NCBI GenBank assembly: GCA_023954815.1
Contig: JAGSHB010000007.1
Span: forward strand, 3,626-67,625
From: Myxococcales bacterium
Lineage (GTDB): Bacteria; Myxococcota_A; UBA9042
Length of the DNA: 64,000 nt
Direction: 5' to 3'
Shown here in pieces: positions 8,832-18,302 of this stretch. Position numbers and translations under genes: made by a program. The notes beneath the pieces are model-generated. The model was not told where the DNA came from. It saw nothing but the letters and a program-made list of their open reading frames with translations, and made no database searches. How positions within the stretch are numbered: position 1 is the first letter of the stretch; each line of letters begins with the position of its first letter.

Positions 8832-10928
8832 ATGTGGCTCGTGGCGGTCTTGCTATGGGCCATCGTTGGATGCGCGGGCCGGACGTACGATGACGACAGC
8901 GGCGGCATCAACAGCGGCCAAGTCACGCTGGATGCCACCGTGGGCGATGGTCCCAGCACCCGAGCGCGCCTCAACCTGCTGGGCGCGTCGGTCGCCAGCC
9001 CGCACGCGTGTATGGCGACGTTGCCCAAGAAGGCCGAAGGGTGGTTCCAGGTCGATGCGCTGCGATGCCAGATAGACCCGGCTCCGTGGACAGGTGCGGT
9101 CAGTGCTCCAGCTGGCGCTGTGATCGTCGCTGAGACCTCCCTGACGGCGATCCAGGCGGCGATTGCCAAAGCGGGAACGGGCGGGGTCGTCGCTTTTGTG
9201 GGCGGCAAGACCTACGAGCTCTGCGCCCCCATCTCGCCGCTCAAAGGGCAGCGCTGGACGCGTTCGGGCGCTGGTGCTGCCATCTTCAAGCGCTGTGACG
9301 CTGTGACCACCACGCTCGCGAACGCCAGCCAAGCGGGTGCCACGGCGATCACCGTCGCTGACCCATCGAAGTTTCCTGTCGACAGCCAATTGACCGTCAT
9401 CACCGGCGCTGGGGCTCAAACCACAGGCAGCCCCCGCTCCCACCGGGTCACCAGTGTCTCCGGCAGCTCTCTCACGCTGACCCCGTCGCTAGCCCAAGCC
9501 TACCCAAGCGGCGCCAAGGTCATCTCGGCCTTCGCCCTGGTCGAGATCAGCCACGACGATGTCCAGATCGAGCGACTGACCTTCGACGGGAGCAGCGGCA
9601 AGAACGCAGGTTTCCTGGCATTTGAGACCTTCCAGTCGGTCGTCGCAAAGGGCGCTACCAACGTCCGCATCAGTCACAACGCCTTTCGCGATAGCCCGGC
9701 GGACCACGTGACCCTCCAGGGGTGCATCGACTGCGAGGTCAGCGGCAATCACATGACGGCTGCCACGGGGGCCTTCGTCGCCTTGCAGGGCACACATCAG
9801 CTGCAGATGAATGACAATCGCTGGGTCGGCGCAAAGGCGGCCACGGGCGCGATTCGGTGGGGGGGCGACAACCTGCAGGTACAGGTCGCTCGTAGCTGCC
9901 TATCCGACACGACGGGGCCAGCGTTTGGGCAACCGTTGGCGAGCGACGTGGGTCTGCGCTTCGCAGACAACGGGCTCCTGCGCGTGGGCGGTGTGCTGAC
10001 GGTCGGCAGTCCCAGCGGGCAGGTCGACGCAGCCAGTCACCTGGCTGTGGTGGGCAATTTTGGTGTCTCGGTTGGCCCGTTGACCGTCGGGCGCGTCCCG
10101 GGGGACAGCAGCGCGGCCGTGGTCACTGCCACAACCCCGCGCTGGGTGGATGTCGAGATTGGTGACAACAAGCTGCTCGGTGGATCGATCGAGGTGCATG
10201 GCTGCCGCAGCGTACGCGTCACTGGAAACCGACTTGCCGCCTGGTCGACAGCGTCGGCGCCGGACGGAACACCCGCACCTATCGAGCCGGACAAACCCAT
10301 CGATGGCGGCGGATGGGCATTGATGGCGCTACGCGGGCTGGTCGACGCACGCATAGGCGACAACCTCATCCTTGGCGGTCAGCGAGGCCTGCAGCTGGAG
10401 CAGCGCGCCGCCGGTGGGAGCCGCAACGTCACCATCGACAACAACATGCTGCTGATGCAGCGCCAGACCGGAACAACGCTCGGCGACGTCGCAGCGATGA
10501 CCAAACAACTGGCGACGGCGACGGCGATGAGCGCGATCACCCTGCGGCGCAACACGGTGTCATCGACCCTGCCCGATGGCGGCAGCACCCCGTGGGCGGT
10601 CACGGCGGCGCAGGGAACACACGTGCTCGGCAACTGTATTCAGACTCCGAACGGCGTGCGCTTGAGCAGCGGCAACGGCGATGGACCGACGACCACCATG
10701 CTCAGCAACAGCGTGGTGCCGACCGCGACCTCCGTTGGCATGCTCGGCGACGGAACCGGCCTCATCGTGACGCAAAACTGGCTAGATGGCGCCGTCTCCA
10801 AGTCCTTGCTGAACAGTAAAAAGGCCCAGGTGGGCGGCAATGTCGACGCGCTCATCGCCTGCATTCCGTGCTGGCCAAGCGCCAACCTGTGGCAACAGCT
10901 CCCTGCCCTCGTCGAGGTGACCCCGTGA
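8832..10928 (+). CDS. Right-handed parallel beta-helix (pectate lyase-like) lipoprotein
   Basis: Lipobox IVGC. Repeated N/G-rich turns (VRISHNAF, EVSGNH, VEIGDNKL, VTGNRL, IGDNLI, IDNNML). Start uncertain (8772 or 8832). Confidence 0.75.
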   Translation: MWLVAVLLWAIVGCAGRTYDDDSGGINSGQVTLDATVGDGPSTRARLNLLGASVASPHACMATLPKKAEGWFQVDALRCQIDPAPWTGAVSAPAGAVIVAETSLTAIQAAIAKAGTGGVVAFVGGKTYELCAPISPLKGQRWTRSGAGAAIFKRCDAVTTTLANASQAGATAITVADPSKFPVDSQLTVITGAGAQTTGSPRSHRVTSVSGSSLTLTPSLAQAYPSGAKVISAFALVEISHDDVQIERLTFDGSSGKNAGFLAFETFQSVVAKGATNVRISHNAFRDSPADHVTLQGCIDCEVSGNHMTAATGAFVALQGTHQLQMNDNRWVGAKAATGAIRWGGDNLQVQVARSCLSDTTGPAFGQPLASDVGLRFADNGLLRVGGVLTVGSPSGQVDAASHLAVVGNFGVSVGPLTVGRVPGDSSAAVVTATTPRWVDVEIGDNKLLGGSIEVHGCRSVRVTGNRLAAWSTASAPDGTPAPIEPDKPIDGGGWALMALRGLVDARIGDNLILGGQRGLQLEQRAAGGSRNVTIDNNMLLMQRQTGTTLGDVAAMTKQLATATAMSAITLRRNTVSSTLPDGGSTPWAVTAAQGTHVLGNCIQTPNGVRLSSGNGDGPTTTMLSNSVVPTATSVGMLGDGTGLIVTQNWLDGAVSKSLLNSKKAQVGGNVDALIACIPCWPSANLWQQLPALVEVTP

Positions 10929-11440
10929 CCGTAAAGCGCCTCGCGCCGCTGCTCATTGCACTGGTCTGCATGCTCGCGCCGCAGACGGGCACGGCAAAGG
11001 ACTACGATCGCAACGACGTGTCCGCCCGAGAGATCGGCCTGATGATCGCTCGCACGTCCCTGCAAGGTGGGCCCTTCGCGACCCTGGTCCGCGGCGCCGC
11101 TCGCCGGCACACCCGCTTTTTCTATGTCGGCACCGAGGTGATGGTCGGGACGACCTTTGAGCCGACCATCTACGGCTCATTTGGCGTGCTCGCCGGCGTG
11201 GAAACTGCGCAGGATAGCTACAAGAAGGTGCGTGGCTATGCTGAGGTCGGCGCGTCGGCCCAGTGGAGCCGTAGCACGGTCTTCGAAGTGCTGAACCTCC
11301 ACCTGGAGACCGGCGTGCGATTGCAGCTGCATACGGTCAGTCGTCCGCACATGTATACCCACGTGGGCTTGCGTGTGATGAGCAGCTTTCGCACCTATGG
11401 TGTCGGTCTGGTCGGCGGGATGGGCTGGACGTTCGACTAG
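10925..11440 (+). CDS. Small secreted, probably outer-membrane beta-barrel protein
   Basis: GTGA overlap with the upstream gene, signal peptide, alternating aromatic/Gly strands, C-terminus GMGWTFD. Confidence 0.6.
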   Translation: MTVKRLAPLLIALVCMLAPQTGTAKDYDRNDVSAREIGLMIARTSLQGGPFATLVRGAARRHTRFFYVGTEVMVGTTFEPTIYGSFGVLAGVETAQDSYKKVRGYAEVGASAQWSRSTVFEVLNLHLETGVRLQLHTVSRPHMYTHVGLRVMSSFRTYGVGLVGGMGWTFD

Positions 11441-11459
11441 AGATCTTGGGCCGCGACGA

Positions 11460-12452
11460 CTAGAGAGCCACTGGCTCGCCGGATTGGGCGCTGCGATAGA
11501 GCGCGTCTGTGACGCTCGCTGACCACACCCCGGCGGCAAGACTTGCGCCCGCCGGGCCATCACCGCGGGTGACCCAGCGCAAGAAGTCGTCCGTGTCCTT
11601 TTGCCAACTGGCCATCGGGCCCGCGTCCACGACACTGACCTCCTGCCAATCACCGCCGTCAGCCCGCCATCGCACCCCCACGGGGCCAGCGATCCGAATC
11701 TCGCCGCCCTGCCCTTGGATGTGCACCCTGAACCGGTAGCCATCGGTAAACTGCCAGCTTGTGTGCAGCGCCAACGTACGCCCGCCGCCGCTTGTCACCT
11801 GACCGACAAACTCGCCGTCGACGTCACTACCGGGGAGCGCAGCGGAGCGAATCGCCCGCGCCGTAACAGCCGTGTCGGACTGCGCCGCCCACACCGCCTC
11901 GCAGATCAGCAGGCCGTGCGCGCCGTTGTCGCGCAGACAGCCGCCGCCAGCGTTCGCCTGGCTCCGATGCCATGGAGACAAGTCCGCGCCGCGACCGTGA
12001 CCGACCTGCGCATCGATGTGGGTCACTGCGCCGATCTTGTCCTCAGCGATCAAGGCGAGGGCGGCCGCCACGGAAGGCAGGTGCAGGTGATTGCGAGCCA
12101 TGGCCAGGCGCTTGCCCAGCCGCCCGGCGAGGTCTGCGAGCGCGCGGACCTCCTCCGCGCCAAGGCCCAGGGGTTTTTCGCAGAGGACGTGGGCACCGGC
12201 CTGCAGCGCCGCCGTGACTTGCTGCAGATGGGCACCGTGCGGTGTGGAGACGATGACCACGTCGGGCTGCGTTTTCGCCAGCGCATCATGGAGGTCGGCG
12301 CCAAGCCACGGCACATCCCCAACATGGCTGGCTGCGCTTGGATCTAGGTCAACGGCGCCCACCACATTCACCGAAGGACGAGCGCCCAGGATGGCCAACC
12401 TCCGGCGCCCGACACTGCCGACGCCGACTTGCAACACATCAAGGGTACTCAA
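11460..12452 (-). CDS. Gfo/Idh/MocA family NAD-dependent oxidoreductase
   Basis: GVGSVG Rossmann motif, HVLCEKP, GGGCLRDNGAH. Confidence 0.92.
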   Translation of the reverse strand: MSTLDVLQVGVGSVGRRRLAILGARPSVNVVGAVDLDPSAASHVGDVPWLGADLHDALAKTQPDVVIVSTPHGAHLQQVTAALQAGAHVLCEKPLGLGAEEVRALADLAGRLGKRLAMARNHLHLPSVAAALALIAEDKIGAVTHIDAQVGHGRGADLSPWHRSQANAGGGCLRDNGAHGLLICEAVWAAQSDTAVTARAIRSAALPGSDVDGEFVGQVTSGGGRTLALHTSWQFTDGYRFRVHIQGQGGEIRIAGPVGVRWRADGGDWQEVSVVDAGPMASWQKDTDDFLRWVTRGDGPAGASLAAGVWSASVTDALYRSAQSGEPVAL

Positions 12453-13609
12453 GCTGCCACCTGCTCTGCGAAGGCAACGAGGACAGCCACCACACGGTCG
12501 ATCTCGGCATCGGTGAGCCCGTTGCCGCTGGGCAACACCAATCCGTGTGGTGCGATCGCCTCACAGACTGGGAGACCGGGGGCGTTGGGATCGTGTGCGT
12601 TGGGGGCAAAGGCCCGCAGCGGGGCATGCAGATGAAGCGGGTGATACAGACGCCTTGTGGCGATGTTCTGGCTACGAAGCAGCTCAGCCACCGCGGCAGC
12701 CTCCGCGCCGAAGCCTTGCGGCTCAATCATGACCACGTGGCCCCACCAAGCGTGGCGCGTCGTCCACGGGGCGGGCGCCAACATGCGCAGCCCAGGCACA
12801 TTCTCGAGCCCTGTGCGGTATCGATCGGCGACCTGCTGCCGGCGCGACAAGCGCTCGTCGAGTTGCGGGATCTGCGCCAGGCCAAGCGCTGCTGACAGCG
12901 CCGGCAGCCTGAAATTGAAGCCACAGGCCTCGTGCTCGTAGGGCTTGCCGCCGCGGACCATGCCGTGACTACGCAGACTGCGTGCAAGGGCTGCGACGTC
13001 GGCATCATCTGTCACCACCATGCCGCCTTCACCGGTCGTCAGCAGCTTGTTGGCGTACAGCGAAAAGCACGCTGCCTTGCCAATGGTGCCCACCGCGCGC
13101 GCGTGGCACCGGCTGCCCAGGGCCTGCGCGGCATCTTCGAGCAGGATCACGCCGCGCTCGTCGCACAGCCGCTCCACCGCGTCCAAGTCGGCGCTCTGAC
13201 CATAGGCATGGACCGCCATGACAACCCGGGTCTTGTCGGTGATGGCTGCGGCTAGCGCGCGGACATCGAGCTGCAGGCGGTCGGGCTCACAATCGACGAA
13301 CACGGGCGTCGCCCCGGCGTGCACGATCGTGTCTGCGCAGGGGGCAAAGGTCATCGATGGCAGCACCACCTCGTCTCCAAGACCGACACCCAGGGCGCTG
13401 AGTGCCAAGCGCAGCGCCGTGGTGCCACTGCTGACAGCGATGGCGTGCTTCACCCCTAACCAAGCGGCGAACTCGGCCTCAAACTGCCGAACTGTCGGGG
13501 CGTTACCCGAGATCTCCGTGCGCTCCAGACAGGCCATCACTGCCGCGGTCGTTGCAGCGTCGAGCACCGGCGCGTGCACGGGGATCGGAGCGGGTGATTC
13601 GTTGGGCAT
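12449..13609 (-). CDS. DegT/DnrJ/EryC1/StrS family PLP sugar aminotransferase
   Basis: SSGTTAL, EDAAQALG, FSLYANKLLTTGEGG (PLP lysine), GFNFRL. GAGGAG RBS before ATG 13609. Confidence 0.94.
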   Translation of the reverse strand: MPNESPAPIPVHAPVLDAATTAAVMACLERTEISGNAPTVRQFEAEFAAWLGVKHAIAVSSGTTALRLALSALGVGLGDEVVLPSMTFAPCADTIVHAGATPVFVDCEPDRLQLDVRALAAAITDKTRVVMAVHAYGQSADLDAVERLCDERGVILLEDAAQALGSRCHARAVGTIGKAACFSLYANKLLTTGEGGMVVTDDADVAALARSLRSHGMVRGGKPYEHEACGFNFRLPALSAALGLAQIPQLDERLSRRQQVADRYRTGLENVPGLRMLAPAPWTTRHAWWGHVVMIEPQGFGAEAAAVAELLRSQNIATRRLYHPLHLHAPLRAFAPNAHDPNAPGLPVCEAIAPHGLVLPSGNGLTDAEIDRVVAVLVAFAEQVAA

Positions 13610-13801
13610 CTGAGCTCCTCGGTGCAGCTGAGCGGCGCCTTTGCCATGCGGCGGGGTCAGCGGCGGTAGAGGGTAGTGCAGGCATGTTCGTTTGTTGAGC
13701 CGTCGTAGGTCATGATTACGTATTTTTGCGCTAGGCTGCCGAGGTTGGCGGCCGCTCCCGCCTCCTCGACCTTCACTCTTTGTTCCAGGCGACAGCAGAC
13801 G

Positions 13802-15316
13802 ATGCGAGTAACGTTCATTGGATACGGCACAGAGCAGCTGGGTATCAGCCAACTGTCCGCCATCGCCAGGCACCGGGGCCACGACGTCTCCCTCGCGTTC
13901 ACCGCCGCGCTGTTCAACGATCATTATAACCTCGACGTGCCCTGGCTCGCGCCGCTCTTTGACGAGAAGGACCGCCTCGTCGACGACATCGTCCGGCTCA
14001 ACCCCGATCTGCTGGCCTGCTCACCGCTGACCAACACCTGGGGATGGATGCAGAGCATGTTGGCCGCCGTACGGAAGCGACTGCCAAATCTGCGTGTGAT
14101 TGTCGGCGGGGTGCACGCGACGGCGGCGCCAGAACGGATGTTGGCGCTCTCTGATGTGGACTATGTGGTCAGCGGTGAGGGCGACTTGGCGTTTCCGGCG
14201 CTGCTCGATGCCTTGGCCGATGGCGGGCCGACGGAGCCTATCGACAACCTGCTCTTCACCGACAGGCACGGCGCGGTGATTCGCGGCAAGCAGGCGGGGT
14301 TCGTGCAAGACCTCGATACACTGCCGGCCTTCGACAAACGGCTGTGGGAAGACCACCTGCGCTTGGGCGACATCTACCTCACCATGGCAGGGCGGGGTTG
14401 TCCGTTTCGCTGCACCTTTTGCTTCAACTCCTTTTTCGCCAGCCTGCCAGACGGTCGCAAGGGCAAGTACGTGCGAATGCGGAGCGTCGACCATGTGATG
14501 GCGGAGCTCCTGGCGGCCAAGAAACGCTACAACCTCAAGCTGGTTGACTTTGAGGATGACGTTTTTACGGTCGACAAGAAGTGGCTCAAGCGCCTTTTGG
14601 ACCGCTATCGCCGCGAGATCGCGGTGCCGTTCATCTGCCTGACCCATCCCCGCTATATGGACGATGACATCGCGCGCTGGCTGGCCGACGCCGGTTGTAC
14701 GTGGGTGCAAATGGGCGTGCAGTCGGCCGATGAAGACTTTCGGGTCAAGCATCTGCAGCGGCCCGAAGCCGATGACGCGGTCGAGGTCGCGATGCGTGCG
14801 CTGCGGCGCTATGGCATCGAGGTCAAGGTCGACCACATCTTCGGCCTGCCCGATGAGCCGCTGTCTGCCCAGGACAAGGCGCTCAAGCTCTATGCCCACC
14901 TCGATGCGGGCCGGATCCAGACCTTTTGGGCGAATCTCCTGCCCGGCACGGTGATGTTTGAGCAGGAACGAGCGACGGGCCGGCTCAGTCAGGAACAGGC
15001 CGAGCGGATTCTCGATGGGCACGGCGGGGAGTATTTTCGTGCACAGGGTGCACGGGGATCGGAGCGGGACAGTCACCTAGCCTACGAGACGGTCTTTCGG
15101 CTGATGCCGCTGTTGCCGACGGGGCTCCGCGACCAGCTGCAAGCCTCCCACGTCCGGTGGCTGCCAGGTACGGCCAAACAGGTGGTCGGCATCGGCGCAG
15201 ATCTGCTCAATGCGGCGGTACGGCGCAATCCGGACCATGGATTCTATGCGCGGCACTATGCCGATCAGCTGCGGCGATTTGGTCAACGTCGGGTGAGGCG
15301 CACGCTCAATCTGTGA
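13802..15316 (+). CDS. Cobalamin-binding-domain radical SAM protein
   Basis: N-terminal B12-binding-like region (GGVHAT...GEGD), GRGCPFRCTFC (CxxxCxxC), DDVF, GVQS. Confidence 0.92.
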   Translation: MRVTFIGYGTEQLGISQLSAIARHRGHDVSLAFTAALFNDHYNLDVPWLAPLFDEKDRLVDDIVRLNPDLLACSPLTNTWGWMQSMLAAVRKRLPNLRVIVGGVHATAAPERMLALSDVDYVVSGEGDLAFPALLDALADGGPTEPIDNLLFTDRHGAVIRGKQAGFVQDLDTLPAFDKRLWEDHLRLGDIYLTMAGRGCPFRCTFCFNSFFASLPDGRKGKYVRMRSVDHVMAELLAAKKRYNLKLVDFEDDVFTVDKKWLKRLLDRYRREIAVPFICLTHPRYMDDDIARWLADAGCTWVQMGVQSADEDFRVKHLQRPEADDAVEVAMRALRRYGIEVKVDHIFGLPDEPLSAQDKALKLYAHLDAGRIQTFWANLLPGTVMFEQERATGRLSQEQAERILDGHGGEYFRAQGARGSERDSHLAYETVFRLMPLLPTGLRDQLQASHVRWLPGTAKQVVGIGADLLNAAVRRNPDHGFYARHYADQLRRFGQRRVRRTLNL

Positions 15317-15328
15317 TCATTGGGTCCG

Positions 15329-17095
15329 CTACTTTGGCAACGTGATCTTCAGTAGACGCCACGCTTCGGTCTTGTCGCGAGTCGTCCATCGGGTGATCTC
15401 CGTCAGCTTGCCACCCCTAACAGCGAGCGCGATGGGCACTGCGGCGGCGATGGCTGGGCCGTCTTCGAGCGGACTGATCGCGATGCGCGGTGGGTTCATG
15501 GCCAGCAGCAGGTAGTGAGTGCCCGGCGGCCAGCGGTTGAGGATCGCGCTCCAGGCAGCTGTATGTCGACGCAGCGGCTCGCGGCCGTCCTTGCCAAACT
15601 CACGCAGCGCCGCGGACAGATTGTGGGTGCGTAGCACGCCACCGCTCAAGGTCTCGAAGACGCCGGCTTCGGCGTAGGTGGTCGTCCAAAATGTGGTGAT
15701 ACCCCGCCCCACAAGCGCGCTCGCGACCCGACGTTGCAACGACAGATCGAACATCGGCTGCTGCGCGGCAAAGACAGCCGCTCGGAGGCGCTGGGCCTGC
15801 TGCAGCTGCCCGCCAACCGTCACCGCTAGCAGCCCGCCGAGCACAACAGAGGTGATGCTGCGGGTGCGCTGACCACGGGTGCGAGCAGCACGCCAGACGA
15901 GCCACCCTGCGACGCCAGCCACCACAGGTACCCACGGCGCAAGCAGCAAGAACAGGGACATACCGCGGTAGTACAGGCCCAGGTAGAGCAGCCCCACGAC
16001 CAGCGCGCCCAACCCCAGCATGCGTACAGGCCGCCCCGCACGGCGCACCCAGGGCATGGTCACGACCACCGCGCAGGCCAGCCCGAGACTCACGCCCGCC
16101 ACCGGCCACGCAGGCGCCGAGGGCACCGCGCCGATGACCTGCGCGGCCCAGAAGTCCCCTGCCGCGCCGAAGGCGTCGACGAAATGACGGGCGAAAAAGG
16201 CGATGCGTTCGTCCGAAAACGCCTGCACCGGCGACGGCAGCTTGTTGACCCGCGCAGCCAACGGCCCGCGGCTCGGCGCCAGCAGGAACCAGGCCACGTG
16301 GGCTGTCATCGGCAGCGTGAAGGCGAGGCCGATAGGAAGCCAAAGGCGCACGGGCGGCAGCTGTCTGAAGGCCGTAGCGGCGACGAGCGCTGCGATGAGC
16401 AGCCAGCCAGAGGTGAGCTTTGACGCGGCGCCCACACCAAAGAGCAGACCGCACAGCAGCCACCAGCGCGTCGCGTGACGTTGGCCGTGGGCTACACGCA
16501 TCGCGGCCAACACGGCCAGCAGGGGGGCTAGGCCAGCGAGCTGCTCATCCGGGCGAGACCAGTGAAAAATGAGGGCAAAATGGGGCGACGAAGCGGCGAT
16601 CAGCGCAGCGGCCCAGGCAGCCCGGCGACCGGCGATGGGCTCGGTGAGTTTGAACACCATGGCGAGGGTAAGGAGGCCGAGGGCGATGGAGAGCAGGCGG
16701 CCAAAGAGGATGCCGATGCCCACAGACCCGCCCATCGCGGAGCCGATCCCATCACCCACTGCGATCGCCGCCCGCCACGGCAGCGACGTCAGCGCGCCCA
16801 TGTGCCCGTCGATCATCAGCGGCAGGTGAAAGCCGCCTGGCAGCGACCAAGTCCATACGGGCAGCTCGGTCGACGCGCGCAGGCCAAGCTGCGCGGGAGC
16901 GGTGAGCGGCAATTCGCCAGCGTTGGGCACCATACGGCTGAGCGGCACAGGGACGACCGGCGCGACCTCCTCGAGATGTGTACCCATGGAGAGACTGAGC
17001 GGCAGGGTTTGCGCGACGAAGAGCAGCGCGAGCAGGCCGGCGGCAACCCTCGCTCGGCGGTCGTTCGGCAAGCTGGGCTGGGTGGGGGAGGTCAT
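15329..17095 (-). CDS. GT-C fold membrane glycosyltransferase (ArnT/PMT-like)
   Basis: Many TM helices. Periplasmic acidic motif HLEE, H.GAL.S loop, GRLLS..LGLLTL, ASKLT. Start approximate. Confidence 0.7.
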   Translation of the reverse strand: MTSPTQPSLPNDRRARVAAGLLALLFVAQTLPLSLSMGTHLEEVAPVVPVPLSRMVPNAGELPLTAPAQLGLRASTELPVWTWSLPGGFHLPLMIDGHMGALTSLPWRAAIAVGDGIGSAMGGSVGIGILFGRLLSIALGLLTLAMVFKLTEPIAGRRAAWAAALIAASSPHFALIFHWSRPDEQLAGLAPLLAVLAAMRVAHGQRHATRWWLLCGLLFGVGAASKLTSGWLLIAALVAATAFRQLPPVRLWLPIGLAFTLPMTAHVAWFLLAPSRGPLAARVNKLPSPVQAFSDERIAFFARHFVDAFGAAGDFWAAQVIGAVPSAPAWPVAGVSLGLACAVVVTMPWVRRAGRPVRMLGLGALVVGLLYLGLYYRGMSLFLLLAPWVPVVAGVAGWLVWRAARTRGQRTRSITSVVLGGLLAVTVGGQLQQAQRLRAAVFAAQQPMFDLSLQRRVASALVGRGITTFWTTTYAEAGVFETLSGGVLRTHNLSAALREFGKDGREPLRRHTAAWSAILNRWPPGTHYLLLAMNPPRIAISPLEDGPAIAAAVPIALAVRGGKLTEITRWTTRDKTEAWRLLKITLPK

Positions 17096-17379
17096 GGGGC
17101 TCGGAGTGGTTGGGCGTTCTGGGCGGATGCTGGGCGTGGGGTGGGCGCTCGGCGTGGAGGGCAGCTGCGGCCCCACGATACGGGAGATGGGCCGGGAGGT
17201 CTTCTGCCTGGTGCTGCGCCGTTCTGGCGTGGGGGCGCGCGAGGCTGCAAGGCCACGGAGAGGGCCGTTGCTGGGGAGTACCCACTAATGTGCCTGTCGT
17301 GACCTAGAACGGCTGTAGCGGGCTCCCAGGGCCCTTTCCGGGCATTTTGGGGTCGGAAATGAGGTGAATTTCGTGCCCG

Positions 17380-17409
17380 CAGCAGCACAACAGCAGCACA
17401 ACAGCAGCA
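17380..17409. repeat. 11-bp tandem repeat (CAGCAGCACAA x2.7)
   Basis: Directly visible downstream of the tRNA terminator hairpin. Confidence 0.85.
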
Positions 17410-17411
17410 AG

Positions 17412-17434
17412 GCGTGCCTCTCATGGAGGCACGC
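17412..17434 (-). terminator. Hairpin downstream of tRNA-Arg, probable terminator
   Basis: GCGTGCCTC-TCATG-GAGGCACGC perfect 9-bp stem about 35 nt after the tRNA 3' end; weak U-tract. Confidence 0.5.
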
Positions 17435-17469
17435 CCGCACAACCGTCTGATCTGACTTGATAACTTTAG

Positions 17470-17543
17470 CACGCCCAGCAGGGCTCGAACCTGCGACCCT
17501 CGGCTTAGAAGGCCGATGCTCTATCCAGCTGAGCTATGGGCGC
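17470..17543 (-). tRNA. tRNA-Arg (anticodon UCU)
   Basis: GCGCCCA acceptor stem, TAGCTCAGCTGGATAGAGC D arm, TCGGC-CTTCTAA-GCCGA anticodon arm, GGTTCGAGCCC T arm. CCA is not encoded (CTA follows). Confidence 0.97.
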
Positions 17544-17636
17544 TCTGCCTCTCCGGCGAACCGTGAGAGCCATGCTGCGCGACCGTCCGTTGCTGACGAC
17601 GCGCGACGCTGTATCTGCCCCGTCCGGGCGACGTCG

Positions 17637-18302
17637 TCAACCACCACCTGCCAACCACTCGACCAGACTCGCCACTGCCCACCACTCCGCCGGCACCACT
17701 AGCCCCTGCGCGGCGCCATGCGCCACCGCTGTGATCCACACGCCAACACACCCCGTCACCGCGGCGCGTAGCACCTCGATATGCAGCCACCGCTTGCGAC
17801 CATCCGGGCTCAAGCGCGCCCGCGTCCGCGCCGCCTGGGCCATGTCTCGCACCACCAGAGCCCGGGCTAACAGCCCCGTCGCCAGGGCGCCCGCCCAGAG
17901 GTAGCGCAGGTGCCACAGCTGATCGCCGCTGAGCACCGTGCCCCAGAATTGAGCGTCCATATGGCTGTGGGCCAGGTGACAATGCAGTCCGTCGACAGCC
18001 CGAGCGAATGCGGCCGCGAAAAGCACCGCGCTCAACAAGCCGACGGCGATCTTGGGTTTGGCGTGGTCACCTGTGCGCAGCGTCACATCACCGGAGCGCC
18101 ACCGCACCAGCGCCAGCATCGAATCGAGGATCAGGGCGTCAACGAGATAGCCGGCGGTGGTCGGCCAGGCGAGTTGGTTGTAGCCGGGCAGTTGGGACGC
18201 AGCGCCATAGCGCCAGAGCCACCACAGCGTCCACAGGCTCAGCAACCAGGGCGACGGCAGCCAGGCGAGGCGTTGCGCGAGGGAGGTGCGAGAGGCGCTC
18301 AC
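17637..18302 (-). CDS. Hypothetical multi-pass membrane protein
   Basis: GTGA overlap with the cysteine synthase stop; about 5 hydrophobic segments. Confidence 0.6.
   Translation of the reverse strand: MSASRTSLAQRLAWLPSPWLLSLWTLWWLWRYGAASQLPGYNQLAWPTTAGYLVDALILDSMLALVRWRSGDVTLRTGDHAKPKIAVGLLSAVLFAAAFARAVDGLHCHLAHSHMDAQFWGTVLSGDQLWHLRYLWAGALATGLLARALVVRDMAQAARTRARLSPDGRKRWLHIEVLRAAVTGCVGVWITAVAHGAAQGLVVPAEWWAVASLVEWLAGGG

Noticed and set aside
8700-17543. Glycan cluster as a genomic island integrated at tRNA-Arg
   Set aside because: There is no integrase, no long tRNA 3' duplication and no obvious compositional shift by eye.
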